The notes under the pieces: generated by a model
Databases searched by the model: none
What the model was told of the DNA's origin: nothing
Seen by the model: only the letters and a program-made list of their open reading frames with translations
Position numbers and translations under genes: made by a program
Assembly (NCBI GenBank): GCA_964252035.1
Contig: OZ176207.1
Origin: Podarcis erhardii
Taxonomy: Eukaryota
Reading direction: 5' to 3' (one strand)
DNA length: 64,000 bases
Shown: positions 51,200 through 62,562 of the stretch, one piece after another
How the letters are laid out: every line of letters begins with the position of its first letter
Numbering within the stretch: position 1 is the stretch's first letter

Positions 51200-52223
51200 A
51201 AAAAGAAATTTAAATTCACTTTAGCACAGGATAACTCTTTCATTCTTTAGGCATGCATATTCATTTGACATTTTTCTCATATGTTTGTAATCTTCCCTGT
51301 GGCATCTGGCTGGCCACTGCTGCACTAGAGGAAGTTTTGGGTGATACATCTTTCCTTACGATTCTGTGTGATGATTCCTAATTCCTTAGGTGGGGAATTA
51401 TTCAATATTCTCCCTTTGACTTTTTTGGATGCTTTTCAATGGCATTTCCCAAGAAGACGCATATGATCCTTTTGAATAATTGGTTTTTCATTTCTGTTTT
51501 CATAGTATTGGTACTTAATTCTATTCAACCTTTGCTAGTAAGATTTTATTACAGTTTTTACATTGCAATCCTATACCAACTTACCTGAGTATAAACTCAA
51601 TGACACTTATATCTGAAGATAAAAGATTTGTTAGATGTATTGCGTTTTTGGATTGCTTTGGCATATGTGGAAGTTTATTGTAATTAATCAGGAATGTTTA
51701 TGACATGAAGAAAAAGCTTCTACACAAGTGCACTCAAAGTGTGCACTACTCTGCCAGAATTTCAGTTTGTCAGACTGTAAACTGAAATGTAATAATTAAT
51801 CGTAGTAGTAGTGGTAGTAACAGTAGTAGTTTTGAACTGAGAACTTTCTTTTCTGCCATTATTGTATCAGTGCAGAGCCATTCAGCGGAGAGGATTTGAG
51901 TGATTTGAGGGGGTCTAAGATATATCCAGAATTGCTTATATCCACTCTTGACTTGAATGCAATCATAGATTCGGAATGATTTTCTATCATTCTATCGGTC
52001 TTATTGTTGATATTAATTTGATAGGTTAAATTCTTATTACCTGAAAATGTGGAGTTATCAGTGAATAGTAACACCATTGTCCAGAATAGAAAGATTAGCC
52101 AAATGCACAGACTAAAACACAATGCATACACATAGCAAAATGAATCTATATTTGACTAATCTAGCAAGGATTATTTGACCAGTCCAGCAAGGTAGATTAG
52201 AGGATGGATGCCTCCTTCTGGCA

Positions 52224-52343
52224 CAGGCATCCCCAAACTCGGCCCTCCAGATGTTTTGGGACTACAACTCCCATCATCCCTAGCTAGCAGGACCAGTGGT
52301 CAGGGATGATGGGAATTGTAGTCCCAAAAACATTTGGAGGGCC
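52224..52343. mobile_element. Palindromic MITE (hAT-like), right terminus truncated
   Basis: Near-perfect hairpin GGCCCTCCAGATGTTTTGGGACTACAACTCCCATCATCCCT / AGGGATGATGGGAATTGTAGTCCCAAAAACATTTGGAGGGCC. Confidence 0.7.
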
Positions 52344-52599
52344 TGTTCTAGCACATGGCTCCTGGTATGGGATTGGGAACTGTAATGCAGGTAGGATAGG
52401 GCAGCTATTTCAGCATGCAATTCCCATCAGCACTCAAAGTGCATATAACAACACCCCCTTTCCTTCCAGGCTTAGAGGTACTTTATGCTACTGTGAGCAA
52501 TTATTACTTGCACCTAACTAGGCACAAGTTACACCTGTTTAAGAATAGTGGTTGGCAAAGAGAACCAGAAGATCATGTTACCACAGGAAAGACTCTCCT

Positions 52600-53325
52600 C
52601 CCTGGAAGAGAGGGGAGTGGTTGTGGACGGGAGCCCGAGCTCTGCCTCCCCACTCACCTGGCTGGCGCCAGCCCCCCCTTCCAGAGGCACCCAACCAGGT
52701 GCCTCCGGGGGGGGGGCGTGGACAGCATCCTAAATGCTGAGGCGCCAGCCCTTTCTCGGTCTCATTTGCCTTCGACCCGTCGCGAGTCACCCACCCTCCA
52801 CTCCCTTTGAGCTCAGGGTCTTATTTTCCTGGCCTTGCTATGGACCTTAGGTTGGTCGCCCTGGTTGTCCGGGGGGCCTGGTAGGAATTTTTCCATTTGG
52901 CATTAGGCTTTTTGGTTTCTTTCGCCTACCTCGTAGCAATCGTCACAACTTTCGTGGTATTGGTGGGTAGGTTAGGCATTGGAAAATGTGTTGTGGAAAC
53001 AAAGAGCTAGGTGTGGCCATCGCCTATGCCTTCAATATTTTGGGTATTCCATTAAAGGAATTAAAGTCCGATGCCTGCTTGGCGGGAGGCCATGGCACGA
53101 CCCTCGGTGACATCAGGGGAGAGCCTATAGTTGGATGAGCATCAACAGGCTCCACCTACTGGTGAATAAACCCACTCTGTTTTAGACATCCAATACCTAA
53201 GCCAATACCTTTTCACTGCTGTAATCAATAAAGTTGTGGCCTTTCCTTGCCCATTAACCTTATACCATGTGTCCTTGCATATTCATTTCACGTGACAGGG
53301 GTCGGGTCCTCGAACCACAAAATGT
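52600..53325 (+). mobile_element. Unclassified GC-richer retroelement terminus (LTR- or DIRS/Ngaro-like)
   Basis: CpG-containing block unlike its flanks, with AATAAA signals and a CAATAAAGTTGTGGCC end motif; no ORF or TSD identified. Confidence 0.35.
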
Positions 53326-54175
53326 ATTTATTTGTTCAAAATAGGTTCAGCTCAGCTTTTAGTCCAGGGACTTCCATAGCAGATCACAACTTGAATGAAA
53401 ACAATTAATCAACCAACAGGGAGGTGGAAGAAATAATTGACAGTGCAATTGAACACAGAGGTACTCACAGCCTGTCAGTTAATGAGGGGGGCAGTCAGAC
53501 TTCCCAGGGGGGAGGCATTCCACAACAGAACAGAACAGAACAGGGGGCCAGAGGTAATCTGCCAGTGGCCGTATGCAGATGCTGGGCAAGACAAAAGCCA
53601 GTGGTGGACAGGGCTGAAGCCAAATGTGGGCACAGTTGGGGGGAGGGGCCAAGACAAAAAAATAGGCCACCCCTTTCCCCCCTTTTTCTGCTACCTTCTT
53701 TCCCCCTCTTTTTCCCTCCTTGCCCACTGTGCCTTCTGGCTTGTGTCTCAGGCAATCAGACCTTCAGTTGCCATGTTTCAAACAGATGACGCTGACAAAT
53801 TATGGATATTCTGGGAAATTCTAGACATATGGCAACCCGACAGAACACAGAGCAAGGCCTATGATGAGAAATAAATACAGTGGGCAGGCTGGTTCGTGTA
53901 GGTAGTTTGTTCAAATACCCTGCACAGAGCCAAACCACAATAAATTTCAAATATAAAATCCTTACTGTCATGTAAGCCGCAGTGGTTTAAGAAAACACAG
54001 ATTGAAACCAATAAAGATTTCCCCACTAGTAAAATAAGATACTAGCTATAAGTGAAATAAAATAATTACCAACGTGTCTCGTTGCTTTGAAAAGGGTCAA
54101 GAAAAGAGATAAATGGGAAATTTGTCCGTCAAGATTTGTAACTACATTTACAATTAAAAGAAAAAGTTAGCACAC

Positions 54176-54545
54176 CTGGTCTCTGATTTCATTTCCATTG
54201 TTCCAATCTAAATCCACATTAGCAAAAATAGGATCCTTTACCTCCTAGGCCTGATCATTGGTCACAGTATGGAAATAATTTGCCTTGGAAGTGTTAAACC
54301 TGTTTTTCCTAAAGGCAGTGGTAAGAGAAAGATCATCACAATAAGAGTAAAGAAATGTTTGGATTCCATCAATAGCCACAAACTGTGCGACAGGAGCACC
54401 ACTGAAATTCACACTCCTTGACTCAAACAGTTGCAGTTTTCTCCATCCGTGCAACCTGATGGCCAGTAAAAGCAAGGAGGAAAATGAAGAACAAGCAGGA
54501 AACAAAAGCCACTGCAGTCACCAGGTAGATGAGATAGGACTGATT
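54176..54545 (-). pseudogene. 5'-truncated gamma-A-like variable-exon relic (TM plus cytoplasmic part only)
   Basis: Reads [18 protein letters not shown], +1 frameshift near 54470, LLAIRLHGWRK...APVAQFVAIDGIQTFLYSYC...KANYFHTVTNDQA, stop TAG at 54245-54247, EVKDPIF...RDQ, then a degenerate donor CAG|GTGTGC after 54176. No EC domains or promoter upstream. Confidence 0.85.
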
Positions 54546-54982
54546 CCCCACCCCACCCTGTCTCTGCTAGTGGTGTTTCTCTTTGGCAGGATCAGGAAGA
54601 TATAGGCAGTTTGGGGGACTGCACTGACAGAAGTGGAAGGTGCATGGAGCCCAGTGGTTGTCCACCTCTGTCCTACAGCCATGGAGAGAGAGCCCTTCTA
54701 CCAAATGTTCTGGTAAACCTACCTGTTCTAGAGACTTTGTTAATCATTATTAAACAATGGCACTAGCAGCCTTCAGGAATGCATCCTTAGCTTTAACTAA
54801 ACATGCAAAGGAGGGGCCTCGGGAAGAGATGTGCAATCTACACCATGCTGTAGTTCTTCTTAGTCTCCCATTCCTGGATGGTGATTGCCTGAGCCAGGAA
54901 ACCTTTTGTACTCGGGAAAGTTTCCTATGCATTTTAGAATACTGGGAGATCAAATGGAAAGTACTGAAATCTATGTGCTCAC

Positions 54983-57409
54983 CTGAGGGATTGCTGCCTC
55001 CTCCGTAACCGTGTTAGAATCACCTATGAGTAACACAGGGCCTGGCTTATCAGGAGCCTGCTGTGGTGTCAGAGTATTGGTACAGCTTCCGATTGGGAAA
55101 AAAATCTGGCTTTTCCGAGAGCCTGAAGTCAGTGAAACCTCATGGCAATAAGACTGAAGAAATGCCCGGACTCCGTCAATCCCCACAAACTGTGAAACTG
55201 GTGCACCACTGAAATTCAAACTTGCATTATCACACAGCTGAGAATTTTTCCACCTGCGAAGTTTGAGTGCCAGTAACACAAGGAGGAAGGCAAGGAACAA
55301 GCAGGAGACAAAAGCCACTGCAGTCACCAAGTAGAAGGTGAGATCTGACTGTGGGTCTTCAGATATTGGGACACTGCTCAGATCAGTCAGCATGTCAGGG
55401 ATGGTGTCAGCCAAGACCACAGTGACAGTGACTGACGCCGACATTGGAGGCTGCCCATTGTCCTTGACTAAAACCACCAGGCTTTGCTTGAGGGCATCTT
55501 TCTCCAGAAAGAAGCGGGCCGTCCTGATCTCTCCCGTGTGGAGCCCCAGAGTGAAGAGCCCTGGCTCAGTGGCCTTGATCAGCTGGTAGGAGAGCCAGGC
55601 ATTCTGGCCAGAGTCTGCATCCACGGCCACCACCTTAGTGACCAGGTAGCCTGGCTCAGAGGAGCGAGGGGCCAGCTCTATCCCTGTGGAGCCGTCAGTG
55701 GGAGGGGAGGGGTACAGGATTTGGGGAGCATTGTCATTCTGGTCCAGGATGAAGAGAGTCACTGAGACGTTGGAGCTGAGTGGTGGAGAACCTCCATCCT
55801 GAGCCTTGACTAGGAACCTCATCTCTCTGATCTCTTCATAGTCAAAAGAACTCAGAGCATAGATGACCCCTGTCTCAGAGTTAATGGAGAGGTAGGAGGA
55901 GAGAGGGGAGCCAGTCACTTGACTTTCTATGATGGAATATGTTATTCTGGAGTTCTCTTCCCAGTCTGGATCATTTGCATTTAGAGAAAAGATGGATGCT
56001 CCTCTCTGATTATTTTCCATGAAAAATGACTTGTAATCTGATCTTGCAAAGTGAGGTGGGTTATCATTTGTGTCTAAAATGTGCAGAGCTATGATGGTGG
56101 CTGTAGAAAGAGAAGGCATTCCATGATCAGTTACTGTGATGGTGATGTTGTAGTTTGCCACTTGTTCTCTGTCAAGGGGGCCATCTGTCACCAAACTATA
56201 AAAGTTGTCTATGGATTGTTTTAGCTGAAACGGGAGGTTTCTGGGAATTGTGCATGTGACCTCACTATTGATTCCAGAATCTTGATCTTCTACATTTATA
56301 ATAGCAATAACTGTTCCGGTTGATGAGTTCTCATGAATGGAGTTGGTCAGAAAGGTCACAATTAATTCTGGCGCATTGTCATTCAGATCTGTGACCATGA
56401 TCACAACCTTTGACCTGTCACTTAGACCACCCCCATCCATGGCTTGCACCTCAAATTCATAGAAGGATGATGTCTCAAAGTCCAAGTTTCCCATGAGGGT
56501 TATTATGCCAGTTGTTGAATTTAAAAGAAACATTTGTGAATCCTTTTTTGTGGTTTTTTTGAAGGAGTATTTCACCTCTCCGTTGATTCCTTCATCCAGA
56601 TCAGTGGCTTTGACTGCACAGACTATGGACCCTTTGGGAATGTTCTCCTCAATGCTGATTTCATAGACTGGTTGGCTAAAAATTGGTGCGTTGTCATTTA
56701 CATCTAAAACAATGACTTGAATTTGAGCAGTGCCAGTCCTGACAGGATCACCCCCATCCATAGCCATAAGAATTAGATCATAAACTGACTGTTCCTCTCT
56801 GTCCAAAGATTTTTCCAGCACCAGCTCAGCATGCTTGGGACCATTTTCTCCTGTTTGAACATCCAGAGAAAAATGCACGCTGCCTGTGAGTTCGTAATTC
56901 TGAACAGAATTTATCCCCAGATCTGGATCAGTAGCCTCAGGCAGTGGAAACCGAGACCCTTTTATAGATATTTCATTAATTTTCACCTCCAGTTGTCCTG
57001 GAGGAAAGTGGGGAGCATTATCGTTTATATCAGTAACTTCCACTTCAACTCCATAAAGTTTTCTTTTACTCTCAACAATAACCTGAAAATTTAATTTGCA
57101 CTTCTCTGCCCATGCACAAATTTCTTCTCTGTCAATTCTCTCAGTGGTTTGTAAATGACCACTGTTGTAGTTCAAAGCAAAATACTGAATCATACCTGTT
57201 CTGGTAAGAATCCGGAGCTCACGGTTTGAAAGATTATTTCCATCCATTCCTAGATCCTTTGCAATATTTCCCACAAAAGAGCCTTTCTGCATCTCCTCTG
57301 GAATGGAATAATGAAGTTGTGCAGAAACTGTCTTCAAAATGAACATCAATATGAGGCATTGCAACAAGATTGTCTCTTTACAGCTCCATTGCTTCTGGTT
57401 TTCTCCCAT
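54983..57409 (-). CDS. PCDHGA: Protocadherin gamma-A-like variable exon (A9), 809 codons
   Basis: ORF 54971..57409: QLHYSIPEE, six ECs, tail [23 protein letters not shown]; donor CAG|GTGAGC after 54983. Confidence 0.95.
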
Positions 57410-57600
57410 TTTCTTGCAACAGGATAAATGCCACTTATTCTGGCTCAGACGTTTTTGAGTATGAAATAAATGCTGTTGTTTTTTATTTAAAGTTGCTCCT
57501 ATTACACTCCCTGCAATGTCTGTGCAAGTATGGTCATGCAGATATTTTCTGTTTATACATTAGAGAATTTATGGAACTCCCAGTGTGTTCTGTAGCCAAA

Positions 57601-57641
57601 TTGGTGAACAGCGACACCCAGAGGCTCAACTGAAAACTATA
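57601..57641 (-). promoter_or_regulatory. CSE/CTCF-type site of A9, canonical CGCT box
   Basis: TATAG-TTTTCAGTTGAG-CCTCTGGGTGTCGCTGTTCACCAA, about 192 bp upstream of the ATG; the core aligns with the CTCF consensus CCACCAGGGGGCGC. Confidence 0.85.
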
Positions 57642-58569
57642 GCTCATTTTAACATAATCTTACTTTCATATTTGCCTAGACAATCTGAGTCAGGGATGTG
57701 ATGGACTGAAAGTTCCATATCCTGTTTAATAGACCCAAGTGATAATGGCGAGGCAATCTCATTATCTTCATCTGGAGTACTTTAAAAAGTTGGTGCTTTT
57801 TTCCTGTGCTTGTAATGTGCATTAATATATGGGGTGTTAATTGCATTAGGAGGATTGCATTCATGATCTATTAATATAGTCATGTAAGTAGGGTTTATTG
57901 CATGTTTTATAAAGCACCCCTGGCTTATCTGCAGTTAGGGTAGCAAGGTGCTCACTCAGAGAGGCTGCTTTAAATGTTTCAACAGTGCATGTGCTTATTC
58001 ATAAGATAACTGCACTGTGTAGAGGGCCGTGGCCTCAGGCACCCAGCAGCCCCGTTCTATGCTCTGGTGAGTGAATTTTAAAGTGGAAAGGATGGCGGGT
58101 GAGACAATTGGGGCCGGGGTGTAGCTTTTTTGGGGTGATGAGGGCTTGCTGCTGCTGTTGTTGCTGTTGGTTTTTTGTATCTTTATTTTAGATCTTGTGA
58201 TTTATGTAGAAACTGATCAGTTTGGTTGTGTTTCATGTTTTATTATGAGTTCCATGTTTTATTTATTGTTTACGACTACTTTTGTTATGTTGTAGTTATG
58301 TATTTTTTATGTCGTAAGCCACCTTGAGCATGGTCTGAACTGTGGAAAGGAGGCATACAAATAAAATAATGTATGTGTGTGTTGGTAGAGGAAGACAACA
58401 GAAGGCACAGCAGTTTCAGTCTCCCTCAGTATCTCAAGAGCATTTAGGAGGTTTGAGCACTTCATGGTAAATTATTTAAATATATTGGATGCAAAGCCCT
58501 GGACAACTCAGGACCTTGTTTTCTGAAAGAACTCCTGTCCCTATATACACCTGGTGGATCACTGAGATC

Positions 58570-59075
58570 TATTCAAAAAAGAATAAGCAAAATTATCAAG
58601 GAGTACAAGCAACCCCTTCTATGAAGAAAATTTGCAGCTCTTGGGAATTTTTAGTTTAGAGAATAGGTGGGTAAGAGGTGACATGACAGAAGTGTATACA
58701 ATTATGCAAAACACTAGAACGCAGGGACATCCAGTGAAGCTGAACGTTGGGAGATTCAGAACAGATAAAAGGAACAAGCAGTGCATAGTTAGATGAAGGA
58801 ACACAAGCCCACAGGAGGCAGTGATGACCACTCAGATGGCTTTAAAAGGGGATTAGACAAATTCATGGAGGAAAGGGCTATTGAAGGCTATTGCCCATAA
58901 TGGTTATGCTCTGCCTCCAAAGCTAGAGGCAGTAATGCTTTTGAATACCAGCTCAGGTCCTATTTGTAGGTTTCCCACAGGTGTCTGGTTGACCACTCAG
59001 CCAGGACGCTGAACTGCATGGGCTGTTGGCCTCATCCAGCAGGTTCTTCTTATGAAATCATATTATGTTCTTATA
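58570..59075 (+). mobile_element. Degenerate CR1 LINE 3' fragment
   Basis: TTTAGTTTAGAGAA...GGTGACATGACAGAAGTGTATA...GGACATCCAGTGAAGCTGA...(TCTTATG)-like tail. Boundaries approximate. Confidence 0.7.
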
Positions 59076-60434
59076 AAGTCACAATGTTTTGCTGCTGATT
59101 CAGGGCTTGGAAAGGGTGTCATGGACCACAATGGAACATATACTGGGTCAAGAGTCTATGTGTTGGTTATTTTTTCACTTAACAAGTCCTAGATTACTTA
59201 CCTAATCTTTTCTTATTCTCTAACCATAGGATCTGGAAAGAATGGTTCTCAAAATTTGCCCCTCTGATATCACTTATGATGCTTTTAATCTACCATCCAT
59301 TATTTTTTTAATGAAGATAGAATAACAATATATGGACAACGGGAACAGGTGTGGCTTTTTTGGCTCAAAGATTTTTATACAGGTCAGCAACCCCTTACAC
59401 AACACCTGAGTGTCAGCAGAAAACTGACACTACAAATGATCCAAATACATGCGTCACATACTTTGACTCCCACACTATGTCCACTTATAATCCATTCGGT
59501 AAAATACTTCTTTCACAAATCTACAGAGTGTTAAACTCTCGAATGCTGCTACCATTCATAACTCTAAAGGCATGATGGGGAGGAAATCAGGAAATCAGAC
59601 GATACTTTATGGGAAGAAGTGATGAGCAACTATCAGCTCTTCAAGGCAGGAGGAGGAAGCAAAGACTGAACTCAGTCTTGACACTCATTCCTACCTGAAT
59701 GGCACATTCCAATACTTGAGATTTGCTTGAAATTGAGAAGGGCGATTTCTAAAAGGAGAGATTGTCATTCTACACCCACTTTCACCTTTTCTCAGGTGGC
59801 CATCCTTGGCTTGGAGCCACATAGCAATTCATGTCTTTCTGCTCACGTCACTTCACAGCACCCACCCACCCAATGGTGTTCTGAGGAAGGGCTGGTTGTG
59901 TTGTCACATCCTGCAAGTGCAGCACCACATGGTGCAGTTAAGTAGGTGGAGAGAGAACTTTTAATCTTGTTGGGAACCCTCATCATCAAGAGCAGGAGCA
60001 GCTCATTGTGTATATGGGCTTTAATAAAGGGAAGGTTAGCTTTGGCTTTTTTTTTTTTTTTCATTCCTGCCATTTGTTCATTCAAAAATTTCCAAGCTGA
60101 TTTTCTTCCCCTAGCTCCCCATGAATGAGAATGCAACCAGGGAGGCTTGTTTTTAGCAAACAGCAGGAAGAGAAAGAGGCAGTAGTCCTATGCACTTCCA
60201 GTTACAACCTCCGAGTCTGCTTTTTGAGTTAAGAGAAAAAGCTCACCTGAAGATTGTTGTTGTGTATTATCTCCTGTACAATAACTAAGCTGACTCTTAC
60301 TGAAGTCTTGTTTCCCCAAAATACTATAGTGTTTTCTCAAATATGATATTTTGCAGCCAAGATTATGGTGTCCTTTGGTATTAGTTGATATTACATACTT
60401 TCTAGTATTTTGGTGGGTTTCTCTATACCAATAT

Positions 60435-60499
60435 TCATAGAACCATAGAGTTGGAAGGGACCACAGCCCTGAGATTAAGAGTCTCATGCTCTACTGACC
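60435..60499 (-). mobile_element. tRNA-Lys(CTT)-derived SINE remnant with CR1-type tail
   Basis: Minus strand GGTCAGTAGAGCATGAGACTCTTAATCTCAGGGCTGTG joined to GTCCCTTCCAACTCTATGGTTCTATGA. Confidence 0.65.
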
Positions 60500-61009
60500 A
60501 AGATATATTGACAATCATTGTCACTGAAAATGTTGTGTTTTACAGCATTTCCCCAATTAGTTTAGCCAGTTAGTCAAGGCTAGAAGTTGTGATGTATGTA
60601 TAATATTTTAGTATTCTTGATATTGCTTGCTCACCTTTGGCCTGAATCTCTTCCATTGTATTACTGTTAATTCCTGCTTCTCCTCCCCAAAATTAATTAA
60701 ATTTGTATATTATTTAAGTATTGAATTAGAACTGTTAGGGGAGAAGGGAAAGAGAACCCTGGTTACACATTCCTTTAATAATGCAACTTTACCAAATCAA
60801 CAATGGAGTTAATTAGGACCAGGTTTCTTAATTCTTCCTAATTTTGTGTGTGTGTAAGGGTTGGTAACTGTCTTTAATAACTCACTGAAATTAGAAGAAA
60901 TATTTTAAAATAAATATAATTAATTCTCCTTTGTTTCCAGGGCATAGGATTTAGTTATCATTTCATTTTCTTTACTAGATGTGTAGTCTGACCCATAACT
61001 TTCCAACCC

Positions 61010-61325
61010 CCATCGTTTAGCCCGAACACTGAGGTCCAGCGCCGAGGGCCTTCTGGCAGTTCCCTCACTGCAAGAAATGAGGTTACAGGGAACCAGGCAG
61101 AGGGCCTTCTTGGTAGTGGCCCCTGCCCTGTGGAACACCCTCCCATCAGATGTCAAGGCAATAAGTGACTATGTTATTTTTAAAAGACATCTGAAGGCAG
61201 CCCTGTTTAGGGAAGTTTTTAATGTTTAATGCTGTATTGTGTTTTTAATATTCAGTTGGGAGCCACCCAGAGTGGCTGGGGAAACCCAGCCAGATGGGTG
61301 GGGTATAAATAAATTATTATTATTT
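61010..61325 (+). mobile_element. L2-type LINE 3' end
   Basis: GGCCTTC...GTGGCCCC...CTGTGGAACACCCTCCC...CCCAGAGTGGCTGGGG...GGGTATAAATAAATTATTATTATT, a squamate L2-like terminus. Confidence 0.7.
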
Positions 61326-62050
61326 CTATATATTTTTTCACTATACCTTTATTTGCTTGAAGGATAGTATTAGTTTAGCCAATGAGATAACAATGCCATT
61401 AGTCTATAATAGTATTTATGCTCCATATTCCCAAATCTACTACCAAATGTCCCAGGATTTAGCCTTCATGTTAGGCACAGAATATTGATACGATTAAAGA
61501 TAAATGTGCCCCTGCCTCCCTTGCTCTCTTAGATATAGGAGGATGGCTAGGGCAGCTCAGAAGGGCCCTTGCACAAACGCACACTCATGCAATGGTAGAA
61601 GGCTGGCGGGACAGCTTAAAACCCACTGCCGCTACACAGCAGACGGACTGAAGAAAAGGAAGTACGAATTAGTCCTGTAGTCAAGTCCTAACCTTGACCA
61701 ATCATGGCTAAGAGCAGCTAGGAGCTGGCTGGAATCATAGATCTTTAAAAAGTGTAGACACACTGGGCAGTTACCATTTTGACTTGAAATGTTAGTTTGG
61801 GGCTTCTCAGAAATATGTAAAGGCATGAAGTGGGGGGGGTGAGTGCCAGCCCACAATGGCGCCCACCTGAGAGGTGCCAGAACTTCACTACAGCGCACTC
61901 CAGCTGAAAAAAAGCACTGGATATCATTAACAATTAATGAAAGTAAAAACTACACATTTTATGTTCCCTGTTACAACAATTTTTGGATACAGAGCTATTG
62001 CTGATTTGTTTTACTAATGTTATTTCATTTATATATGTGTGTTCTTTCTC

Positions 62051-62108
62051 ATAGATAGATGATAGATAGAGATAGATAGATAGATAGATAGATAGATATA
62101 GATAGATA
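62051..62108. repeat. (GATA)n microsatellite, imperfect
   Basis: Direct GATA/TAGA units. Confidence 0.9.
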
Positions 62109-62562
62109 ATACAAACTTCTTCAAATAAAAAACAAAAACAAGATAAATATAGCATTTACGTTGACCAGCACCATGGTGCAAAGAACTGAAGCCTGAATGT
62201 ATTTGATGAAAAGGGGAGCATCAATTTATAATCCCACATAAAATTGTTGACAAAAAGGGAGCATTGCATCTACAGGCATTCAGAAGGTCAACAACGGAAC
62301 GTTTTCAAAAGGCAAAGTTCATTGTGCACATGGTAGAAACGCACTACAGAATATGCAAGATGACTTCACCTGCCATCAGCACTACAAGACATACCACCAA
62401 GACATAGAGTAAGAAAGACAACCTATCTGTTCTAGAGATCGTTATACATTGTTAAACAATGGCAGTAGCAGCATTCAGAAAATCTTTATATTCAGGAAAG
62501 TTTCCTATGCATTTTAGAATACTGGGAGATCAAATGGGAAAGCTTAACATTTATGTGCTCAC

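Noticed and set aside
51859-52131. 90-aa ORF with a hydrophobic N-terminus as a small membrane protein or Pcdh relic
   Set aside because: No recognisable Pcdh TM or tail motifs, and no promoter or splice support.
60460-60499. tRNA-Lys(CTT) gene
   Set aside because: Only a D-arm/anticodon fragment, fused to a CR1 tail; no T-arm or acceptor stem, so a SINE remnant.
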